Source: an uncultured Candidatus Saccharibacteria bacterium (GTDB taxonomy: Bacteria; Patescibacteriota; Saccharimonadia; Saccharimonadales; SZUA-47). From it: a stretch of DNA of 64,000 nt. Within the stretch, counting starts at the first letter, position 1. Each line of letters starts with the position of its first letter. Both the position numbers and the translations under genes were made by a program. The stretch covers positions 85,643 to 149,642 of the forward strand of contig CAZHXX010000001.1 of assembly GCA_964536485.1 (NCBI GenBank). Reading direction: 5' to 3'. Positions 1 to 7,822 of this stretch are shown in pieces. Under the pieces are notes generated by a model, which was given only the letters and a program-made list of their open reading frames with translations, did not search any database and was not told the DNA's origin.

Positions 1-1038
1 GGAGCCGGTTTCGCTGGATCTAATCTTGCACTAAAGCTAAAAGCAGATTATCCAGATGCTTCGATTACCTGCCTTGATAATCTCAAGCGCCGCGGGTCAG
101 AACTTTCTCTGAAAAGATTGAAGGTTGCTGGAATTGAGTTTATCCACGGAGATATTCGTAACAAAGAAGACCTTAGTGCGCTATCATTTGACTTATTAAT
201 CGAGTGCTCAGCAGAGCCATCAGTACTTGCCGGCATTGAAGGCTCACCAGAATATCTACTTAATACAAATCTTTTTGGGACTATTAATTGTCTTGAGGCT
301 GTTCGAAAGAATAATGCAGCAATTCTGTTTCTTTCAACAAGCCGTATCTACCCTATTTCGACAATCAATCAACTTACTTTCACGGAGTCTGAAAAACGTT
401 TTGATATAGCTGATAATCAATCAGTCAACGGGGTTAGCAGTAAAGGAATTGCAGAGAACTTCCCTCTTGATAAGCCACGCTCACTTTATGGCGTGACCAA
501 GCTTGCATCGGAGCTCATTATTGCAGAGTACGCCGACACCTACGGTCTACGCTCGATTGTAAATCGTTGCGGTGTTATTACCGGCCCATGGCAAATGGGA
601 AAAATTGACCAAGGAGTGTTCGTACTTTGGGTTGCTAAGCATTATTTCAACCAGTCACTAAGCTACATAGGCTATGGCGGCCAAGGGAAGCAAGTACGAG
701 ATTTTATTCACATTGATGATCTGTATAGCGCAATCAAGCACGAACTCGAACATTTTGACGAGTTTAGCGACAAGCCTTACAACATAGGGGGTGGTCTTGA
801 AAATAGCGTATCACTTGCTGAGCTGACCGACATTTGTGTTGCCGTAACAGGCAATGCAATTCCAATAGCATCCATTAAGGAGGATCGACCAGCAGACCTA
901 CGATTCTTTGTAACTGATAGTAGTGAATTCCATAAGAAATCAGGACTTAAGTGGGAAAAAAATGCGCATGCAACAGTTACTGACATCTACAAGTGGATCA
1001 AAGAAAATGAAGCCGACCTTAAACCAATTTTAGGATAA
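1..1038 (+). CDS. NAD-dependent sugar epimerase/dehydratase (extended SDR), 5'-truncated by window edge
   Basis: Frame 1 is open from nt 1 and translates GAGFAGSNL (GxGxxG Rossmann loop), later YGVTK (YxxxK). The listed ORF 118..1038 is the same frame. Confidence 0.85.
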   Translation, partial: GAGFAGSNLALKLKADYPDASITCLDNLKRRGSELSLKRLKVAGIEFIHGDIRNKEDLSALSFDLLIECSAEPSVLAGIEGSPEYLLNTNLFGTINCLEAVRKNNAAILFLSTSRIYPISTINQLTFTESEKRFDIADNQSVNGVSSKGIAENFPLDKPRSLYGVTKLASELIIAEYADTYGLRSIVNRCGVITGPWQMGKIDQGVFVLWVAKHYFNQSLSYIGYGGQGKQVRDFIHIDDLYSAIKHELEHFDEFSDKPYNIGGGLENSVSLAELTDICVAVTGNAIPIASIKEDRPADLRFFVTDSSEFHKKSGLKWEKNAHATVTDIYKWIKENEADLKPILG

Positions 1039-1041
1039 TAT

Positions 1042-1785
1042 ATGAAACTTTCAGTAGTCATCCCAGCCCACAACGAGGAAGGTTCAATCACTGAGACTGT
1101 CACTTCGTTCCACGACAAGCTAAAAAAAGAAAAGATACCTCATGAGATTCTAGTCATTAACGATAATAGCAAGGACACGACTGAGGCTATACTTATTGGT
1201 CTCGAAAAAAAAATTCCAGAACTGCGACATATTAATAACGTACCTCCGAATGGTTTTGGGTTTGCCGTACGTTGTGGGTTAGAGAACTTCACAGGAGACT
1301 GTGTGGCTGTGGTTATGGCAGACATGTCGGACCGGCCACAAGATCTGGTCGCTTACTATCGTAAGATGACAAAAGAAAATCTCGATGCCGTGTTTGGTTC
1401 GCGTTTTATAAAAGGTGGCAAGACCATTGACTACCCAAAAACCAAAATGTTTATGAATAGGTTGACCAATAACATTATTCGCATTCTATTTGGTATACGC
1501 TATAACGACACAACCAATGCCTTTAAGCTCTACAAAAGAGAGACGATGGAAGGTCTAAAACCATTTCTTAGCCATCATTTTAATCTAACTGTGGAACTAC
1601 CTTTGAAAGCCATAGTACGTGGTTATAGCTATGGAGTCGTCCCAAACTATTGGACAAACAGAAAAGCAGGCGAAGCAAAGCTTAAACTGAAAGAAATGGG
1701 AAGCCGTTACTTTTATATCATTCTCTACTGTCTTCTAGAAAAGTGGCTTTCCCGCGGAGATTACAAAAAGGCAAAAACTTCATGA
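1042..1785 (+). CDS. Family 2 glycosyltransferase, polyprenol-phosphate sugar synthase-like (Dpm1/GtrB type)
   Basis: 247 aa. LSVVIPAHNEE start, INDNSKD and VVMADMSDRP (DxD-like) blocks, C-terminal hydrophobic tail. Starts 3 nt after the upstream stop. Confidence 0.8.
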   Translation: MKLSVVIPAHNEEGSITETVTSFHDKLKKEKIPHEILVINDNSKDTTEAILIGLEKKIPELRHINNVPPNGFGFAVRCGLENFTGDCVAVVMADMSDRPQDLVAYYRKMTKENLDAVFGSRFIKGGKTIDYPKTKMFMNRLTNNIIRILFGIRYNDTTNAFKLYKRETMEGLKPFLSHHFNLTVELPLKAIVRGYSYGVVPNYWTNRKAGEAKLKLKEMGSRYFYIILYCLLEKWLSRGDYKKAKTS

Positions 1786-2462
1786 AAGATTACGTGCTAT
1801 CAATCTATGCAGACCGGTTTGATAAAGATGTCGAAAAACGCAATGTTATGTGGAAAGTTCTTTGCAAAGACTATTTCCAAAAATTTATAAAGAAAAATGA
1901 CACAGTTCTTGATTTAGCTGCTGGCTATTGCGAGTTCATAAATAACATACAGTGTGGTAAAAAAATTGCTGTTGACCTCAACGAAAAAACAAAACACATG
2001 GCAGACAAAGACGTAATTACTTATCAAGCTCTCAGCACGAATATGCCAAAAAGCCTTGAGAAAAAAATAGATGTTGTTTTTGTAAGTAACTTCTTTGAGC
2101 ACCTGGATAGCAAAAACGAACTTATCGATACCCTAAAAGAAGTTCATAGAGTATTGAAGCAAGGCGGAAAAATAATGGTATTGCAACCAAACATTCGTCT
2201 CGTAGGCGCTAAATATTGGGATTACGTTGATCACACACTCCCGCTTACCGAGAAAAGCTTAGTTGAAGCCTTTCATCTTACCGATTTTAAGATTACCTTT
2301 CAAAAAACTAGGTTTCTCCCTTACACCGCTAACTCCCGAATTCCTGCATTGCCAGCCCTTATTAAGCTCTATTTAAAGCTTCCTTTGGCACAGTTGCTTA
2401 TGGGGAAGCAAACGTTCATGATTGCTGAGGCAACCGGTGGCTCTCGTGAAAAAGATAACTAA
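1782..2462 (+). CDS. Class I SAM-dependent methyltransferase
   Basis: ATG at 1782 overlaps the upstream TGA (ATGA). Motif I VLDLAAGYCEF, VVFVSNFFEHL, GGKIMVLQPN. Confidence 0.75.
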   Translation: MKDYVLSIYADRFDKDVEKRNVMWKVLCKDYFQKFIKKNDTVLDLAAGYCEFINNIQCGKKIAVDLNEKTKHMADKDVITYQALSTNMPKSLEKKIDVVFVSNFFEHLDSKNELIDTLKEVHRVLKQGGKIMVLQPNIRLVGAKYWDYVDHTLPLTEKSLVEAFHLTDFKITFQKTRFLPYTANSRIPALPALIKLYLKLPLAQLLMGKQTFMIAEATGGSREKDN

Positions 2463-3702
2463 GTTTTTTAAAGCGCACCCAGCGTATAAACTTATATTCA
2501 TATTTTTCATTAGCTTTTTTATTCTCTTCTTAAGAAGACCAGATGCTCTACTTACCCCACAATTCTGGGCAGAAGATGGTAAGTTTTGGTACGGTGATGC
2601 GTATAATCATGGAGTTTTTAATTCTTTGTTTAGCCCATACGCAGGTTCCCTACAGATTGCGATGCGTTTTATAGCCTCTATCTCACTTTTATTGCCATTT
2701 CGATTTGCGCCTCTGTTTTTCACTCTTATTGCACTAGCCGTAAAAATACTTCCTGTTCTTTTGCTTTATACTCCTCGTTTTTCTAGTCTAGTGCCTAATC
2801 AAAGAGCCCGCCTGCTCATCTGCGCTTTCTATCTACTCATTCCAGGAGGCTATGAAGTTCACGCGAACTTAACAAATATCAACTGGCATCTTGCGCTCAT
2901 CTGCTTTTTAGTTATTGTTGCGAGGACGAAAAAGAGCACCTATTGGTCCTTATTCGATTATGCGGTTTTAGTTTTTTCAGGGCTCACGGGTCCATTCGCA
3001 GTAATACTCTCACTTATCGCTTTTTGGAATTATAAAACTAAAAAAACTTCGAGAAACAAGAAAGTTCTCTACATTCTTCTAGTCTGTGCAGCCATACAAA
3101 TGCTAGTCCTCATGTTTGGCGCAAAAAATGCTCGCTCAACCCACGACTTGCAGCCTTCTGCAGTACTGCTATTGGAAATACTCGGGCTCAGAATAGGTGC
3201 ATCAACAATAACCGGGTCAGCTAACGCCGTAGGCTATGCGCTTCCGCCAAGTGGTGTATATGCTGTCATCGGGATTTTAGTACTCGTACTCACCACGCTA
3301 ACTTTCATGAAATCAAGTCGTGAACTCCGGTTGTTTATTATGCTATCATGGGCAATGCTCGTAGCGGCGCTTATTAAGCCAATCGCAAGCGACACAATAC
3401 CCCAATGGTACGCACTTCTAATAGGAGCTGGGGCTCGATACTTTTTTATCCCAACTATCTGCTTCTTTTGTTGTCTTGTTTTCCTGGCAGGCTCAGAAAA
3501 AGTTTCAAAGATATTTAGAATTACGTCTATACTTTTTGTAGTGTCTTCTTTTGTTCTCTCTATCCCAAGAGAATTTCGTTACGAAAAGAGGCAAAACCTG
3601 CACTTTGAAGAATATTCGAAACAGATGACGCTTTTACCGTCCGGCACTACCTACTGTATCCCTATCAATCCTAGCTGGGAAATGTGCTTAGATAAAAAAT
3701 AG
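2422..3702 (+). CDS. Polytopic membrane protein, function unknown (glycan locus)
   Basis: 426-aa ORF with many hydrophobic segments. The TTG at 2422 overlaps the upstream gene, and GTG at 2446 (MKKITKFF) is an alternative start. No catalytic motif recognised. Confidence 0.7.
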   Translation: MLRQPVALVKKITKFFKAHPAYKLIFIFFISFFILFLRRPDALLTPQFWAEDGKFWYGDAYNHGVFNSLFSPYAGSLQIAMRFIASISLLLPFRFAPLFFTLIALAVKILPVLLLYTPRFSSLVPNQRARLLICAFYLLIPGGYEVHANLTNINWHLALICFLVIVARTKKSTYWSLFDYAVLVFSGLTGPFAVILSLIAFWNYKTKKTSRNKKVLYILLVCAAIQMLVLMFGAKNARSTHDLQPSAVLLLEILGLRIGASTITGSANAVGYALPPSGVYAVIGILVLVLTTLTFMKSSRELRLFIMLSWAMLVAALIKPIASDTIPQWYALLIGAGARYFFIPTICFFCCLVFLAGSEKVSKIFRITSILFVVSSFVLSIPREFRYEKRQNLHFEEYSKQMTLLPSGTTYCIPINPSWEMCLDKK

Positions 3703-3759
3703 ACACTCTTAAGGCAAGCTAGGGGGGTACTCTAGGTAAATAATGTTACAATTATTTTT

Positions 3760-5478
3760 ATGGCATTTTATTATATTCTTTTCTTTATTTTTGTTCACTT
3801 TACTCTTCTTATTCCAGGTTATGCCATTGTCAGACTGAGCGGTCTTTTTAAGAAAAATTCTGGCCTGCTACTTATAGTATCCTACTTTATTCCTTTGGTT
3901 TTCTTGAGCCTACTTTCTATCGCTGGCTACGTGTTCAAGATCGACCTTAGGTTGCTACAAGCCATTACATGGTTAGCACTTATCCTGGGTTTCTACGTTT
4001 TCATAAGAAAAAGAATGTATCGCGAATTCTCTGCGTTTCGTTTTCCTTTAATATGCCTCTTTTTAATGTCTACTATGTCTTGTTTGTTCGTAAGCCTCAG
4101 TTTTCCTTCTAAATACAGCTACTTCCCCGACCCTTCCTCGCTACCAAGTAGAAACTATGACGTGTTTAATGTTAAGGTCTTAAACTTAGCTCAAACACAA
4201 GCTAATGATAATTACGTCCCTTACCGACAAGCACAGTTCATCATAAACAGATCCGACCCTGGAGCAGATTGTTTCATCTGTGAATGGGGTGTTGGTTTCT
4301 TCCAGAGGACTCCTCTTATGGGAGCTGTCACTGCCGGCTACTTCACCTTACTTAACGATAAGCCTCCTGTTGACTACTTGTGGAGCAATGTTGCTCCCGA
4401 TCCATCACACACCTATGTAAAATTTCAGATTATCGCGCAGATACTCAATTCGCTATTAATTCTTCCTGCATTTTATATTCTTACTCTTATGTTCAAGAGA
4501 AAGACAGCGATAATTTCATCAGCGTTCTTAATAATTAGCCCTTTCTTCCTCTATAATTCAGTGTTCAGTTGGCCGAAATCTCTCGTAGCGTTCTTTGTCC
4601 TAGCTATGTGGTTACTACTTCTCGAAAACAAGCGCAGATACACTGTTGTTGCTGGTATCGCTGGAGGGCTCGCCTATCTTACACATGATCTTTCTATGTT
4701 CTATATAGCTGCAAGCGCACTTATGCTTCTTTATCTTAAGCGCTATAAAGATATCCTAATTCTGTCCGGGATAAGCGCAGCCTTAGCTGTGCCTTGGATG
4801 TTTGTATCTAGTTTTGTCTATAAAAAGCCAAGCACTTTTATACTTTATCCTTTTTCTTTAGACGGGCTTCCTCAGCCAGGGAACCAGGATGCAATCATAA
4901 AGAAGTTTCTACACACTTCACCGATAGAAATAATATCGATTCGCTTTGATACGTTGTTCTACCTACTTACTCCATATGATCTTATCTACAAACTAGGAAA
5001 CCAAGATATCTTCAGAAGAATCTGGGCTGTAAGCCTTTACTCGGTTCCTGGATCGCTTGGCCTCGGGCTCGTTATCCCAACTATTCTTGGAGCGATTAGA
5101 AAAATAAAAAAGCTTGATTTTTGGATTCTAGTAAGCGTTCCTATACTGCTTTCTGCGGCTATTGTTGGTTGGCGAGGCTCACGCGCAATCGCATCTCTCC
5201 ATTTTGCCCAGGCTATTATTGTACTTCTGACAGGCCTATCAATTGCCTACTTGCTCAGTTTAAAAAATAAGATTTGGATCTGGATAGTCTTTTTGCTCGA
5301 ACTTATTCAGCTTGTATTCTACTTACTCTATACATACACTGGCTACTCTGTAAAATGGGCGCTCTCCCTTTCGAACCTTAGCTACCTACTTGTAATGCTC
5401 CTTATTAGCATATTTAGTGGTTTTGTCATTCGCAAAGCATTAAAAGACTCTCTCCCTGCATGGCTAATTTCTAAATAG
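3760..5478 (+). CDS. Polytopic membrane protein with GT-C-like (ArnT/PMT-type) architecture
   Basis: 572 aa with an ATG start. More than 10 hydrophobic helices and an extended loop after the first helices. The family assignment is architectural only. Confidence 0.65.
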   Translation: MAFYYILFFIFVHFTLLIPGYAIVRLSGLFKKNSGLLLIVSYFIPLVFLSLLSIAGYVFKIDLRLLQAITWLALILGFYVFIRKRMYREFSAFRFPLICLFLMSTMSCLFVSLSFPSKYSYFPDPSSLPSRNYDVFNVKVLNLAQTQANDNYVPYRQAQFIINRSDPGADCFICEWGVGFFQRTPLMGAVTAGYFTLLNDKPPVDYLWSNVAPDPSHTYVKFQIIAQILNSLLILPAFYILTLMFKRKTAIISSAFLIISPFFLYNSVFSWPKSLVAFFVLAMWLLLLENKRRYTVVAGIAGGLAYLTHDLSMFYIAASALMLLYLKRYKDILILSGISAALAVPWMFVSSFVYKKPSTFILYPFSLDGLPQPGNQDAIIKKFLHTSPIEIISIRFDTLFYLLTPYDLIYKLGNQDIFRRIWAVSLYSVPGSLGLGLVIPTILGAIRKIKKLDFWILVSVPILLSAAIVGWRGSRAIASLHFAQAIIVLLTGLSIAYLLSLKNKIWIWIVFLLELIQLVFYLLYTYTGYSVKWALSLSNLSYLLVMLLISIFSGFVIRKALKDSLPAWLISK

Positions 5479-5558
5479 CGCTATTGCTTATAATCGATTT
5501 TTGTGCTAAAATTATATTATCCAAGTCAAGCCAAATAGCAGGAGCTAAACGCAACGTT

Positions 5559-6110
5559 ATGGCACAAAAATACAAAGTTCAAAATACAGGACAAGATAAC
5601 TCAAAACGACCAAAGACAGTTTTTGGTCTTATGATTCTTCTGCTTATTGTTTCGTCTACTACTTTTTTCTATACAAGATCAAAAAGTACTTCAAAGACAA
5701 CACCTGAAACAACGACAAAAGACACCTCCGTGAATCTCAGCCCCCCTACTAAAGAGGAGGAGAAAGAAACGGAGGTATTTAAGGATAATCTCGAGAAGTC
5801 ACCGGAAGCAAAGATCACTACTGAGGACGGTAAGAAACAAGTCACTCCCGTTATTACCGGTGCCGATGTGACAGAAGTAAACGGCTACATCCCAGGTGTC
5901 CTCGAGGAAGGTGGTATATGCCAAGCAAAGTTCACCAAAGAAAGCCAGACGCTTGAGTTCACTTCAAAAGGCTTCGGAAACGTATCATACACAACCTGTG
6001 AGCCAATCGCCGTGAGCGGTCTTAGTGTTGGCACATGGTCGGTAACTCTTTCATACAGCTCTTCAACCTCATCAGGCACATCACAGACCTCTACCACGGA
6101 GATCAAATAA
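5559..6110 (+). CDS. N-terminally anchored Ser/Thr-rich protein, unknown function
   Basis: Start chosen at ATG 5559 (MAQKYK). One TM (VFGLMILLLIVSSTTFFY), a T/S/E-rich linker and a small 2-Cys domain. Confidence 0.6.
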   Translation: MAQKYKVQNTGQDNSKRPKTVFGLMILLLIVSSTTFFYTRSKSTSKTTPETTTKDTSVNLSPPTKEEEKETEVFKDNLEKSPEAKITTEDGKKQVTPVITGADVTEVNGYIPGVLEEGGICQAKFTKESQTLEFTSKGFGNVSYTTCEPIAVSGLSVGTWSVTLSYSSSTSSGTSQTSTTEIK

Positions 6111-6113
6111 ACC

Positions 6114-7766
6114 ATGAATGAGTGGAATTTTTCACGACTAAAATCAAAACCTCTGCTCGTTGCAGTAGCACTCTTCCTGTCTGTCGTTATGAACGCATTT
6201 AGTGGTGGCCTTTCCCTAGCAACAGCAGCGACTGGTTTTCAGTCTGGCAGAATCATAGACGATTCCATCTTTTATACAAAGAATTCCCTGAGTGTTTCTG
6301 ATATTCAAGCATTTCTTGACAGCAAGGTGCCTGTCTGCGATACAAATCATGCAAGTACAGGAAGTGCTAACGACTCTGGTGCACCATATGTCTGTCTAAA
6401 ATCTTTCCGACAAGACATCCCTTCAAAAGCTGCCGATGCCTTTTGTCCGGAGTCCATAAACGCCGGCACAAATCTTAGCTCAGCACAGATAATTTATGAA
6501 GTAAGCAGAGCCTGTAGCGTCAGTTCTAAGGCGCTTATAGTACTTCTACAAAAAGAACAAAGTCTTATCACTGACACATGGCCTTGGGCAATTCAGTATC
6601 GAAGTGCTACGGGCTATGGTTGCCCTGATACAGCCCCCTGTGATGCTGAGTACTATGGTTTTTTCAACCAGCTTTACAACGCGGCACGACAATTTCAAAG
6701 ATACGTGAAGCAATCTGGTAGTTTTAGTTACCGCGTTGGCAAAACAAGTTTTATATCCTATCAAGCCAATAGGCCAGACTGCGGTGGTGCAAACGTTACT
6801 ATCCAGACCCAAGCAACAGCCGCACTTTACAACTATACCCCCTACCAACCGAATGTTGCTGCACTTAATAATCTATATGGCATGGGTGATGAATGTAGCG
6901 CTTATGGAAATCGTAATTTTTGGAGACTCTTTAACGACTGGTTTGGGCCAACGACGTCCGACAGTGATGCGCATACTATCAACTATATACGTTTAAACCA
7001 TGGTTCCGGGAGAGTAGAACAGATAGGCACCTCTTCTATCAGCTCTTACGCTATAATAAATCGGAATAATCTTACCGCTTACCCTGCGGTTGCCCCTGAT
7101 GGTGCGGTGATACCGTTATTCAACCCTACAGGAGACCTAAGTTTAATACGGTTAAATCATACTTCTGGTAGAACAGAAGTAGTGACCCTTAGTGCATCAA
7201 GTGGCTTCCAGACCGTTTCAGATTATAAACTTACCGCTTACCCTGCGGTTGCGCCTGATGGTGCGGTGATACCGTTATTCAACCCGAAAGGTGACTTGAG
7301 TATGGTTCGCCTCAACCACTCCTCTGGACGGGTTGAGATTCTTACGCTAAGCGCAAGTAGTGGCTTTCAAAACATCATTGATTATAAACTTACTATTTAT
7401 CCAGCTGTCCCTGGTGACGGAGCAGTCGTTCCGACCTTTTGGCCAAACGGGGACCTTGTCCTTATACGTCTCAACCACTCCTCTGGACGGGTTGAGATTG
7501 TCTCGCTCGGAGCATCTACGGGCTTTCAGCAGGTCGTAAACTATAAACTTGTTGGCTACCCTGCGGTTGCCCCTGATGGTGCGGTGATACCGTTATTCAA
7601 CCCTACAGGAGACCTAAGTTTAATACGGTTAAATCATACTTCTGGTAGAACAGAAGTAGTGACCCTTAGTGCATCAAGTGGCTTCCAGACCGTTTCAGAT
7701 TATAAACTTACCGCTTACCCTGCGGTGGCAGACTACCAAAATATCAATGTTGGTATAAGTAAATAG
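6114..7766 (+). CDS. Secreted protein: conserved Cys-containing N-domain plus five 53-aa tandem repeats (beta-propeller-like)
   Basis: Signal peptide (LLVAVALFLSVVMNAFSGGLSLATA). The N-domain block LIVLLQKEQSLITD...QYRSATGYGCPDTAPC...YNYTPYQPN recalls wall-associated proteins of Gram-positives. The (I/V)RLNH motif recurs at 6987, 7146, 7305, 7464 and 7623. Confidence 0.85.
   Translation: MNEWNFSRLKSKPLLVAVALFLSVVMNAFSGGLSLATAATGFQSGRIIDDSIFYTKNSLSVSDIQAFLDSKVPVCDTNHASTGSANDSGAPYVCLKSFRQDIPSKAADAFCPESINAGTNLSSAQIIYEVSRACSVSSKALIVLLQKEQSLITDTWPWAIQYRSATGYGCPDTAPCDAEYYGFFNQLYNAARQFQRYVKQSGSFSYRVGKTSFISYQANRPDCGGANVTIQTQATAALYNYTPYQPNVAALNNLYGMGDECSAYGNRNFWRLFNDWFGPTTSDSDAHTINYIRLNHGSGRVEQIGTSSISSYAIINRNNLTAYPAVAPDGAVIPLFNPTGDLSLIRLNHTSGRTEVVTLSASSGFQTVSDYKLTAYPAVAPDGAVIPLFNPKGDLSMVRLNHSSGRVEILTLSASSGFQNIIDYKLTIYPAVPGDGAVVPTFWPNGDLVLIRLNHSSGRVEIVSLGASTGFQQVVNYKLVGYPAVAPDGAVIPLFNPTGDLSLIRLNHTSGRTEVVTLSASSGFQTVSDYKLTAYPAVADYQNINVGISK
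7080..7249 (+). repeat. 170-nt perfect direct repeat, copy A
   Basis: Identical base for base to 7557..7726 (offset 477 nt, three repeat units). Confidence 0.9.
7557..7726 (+). repeat. 170-nt perfect direct repeat, copy B
   Basis: Identical base for base to 7080..7249. Confidence 0.9.
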
Positions 7767-7822
7767 TTCTGTAGCCAAAAGCTCAACGCTGAAATCCTCA
7801 AATTCTTGGTATACTATAGCCA

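Larger units (their letters stand above)
6978..7742 (+). repeat. Tandem coding repeat, period 159 nt (53 aa), about 4.8 copies
   Basis: The unit (I/V)RLNHxSGRxE..L.ASSGFQ...YKL..YPAV.PDGAV.P.F.P.GDL recurs at an exact 159-nt spacing. Confidence 0.9.

Noticed and set aside
1205-1213. Homopolymer tracts as phase-variation switches: A9 in the GT2 gene, plus A8/T8 tracts at 43710-43717 (P1), 42879-42886 (VirB6-like), 44954-44961 (P4) and 29152-29159
   Set aside because: All encode Lys-Lys or Phe-Phe in an AT-rich genome. Lengths of 8-9 are borderline, and no evidence of length heterogeneity is available from a single sequence.
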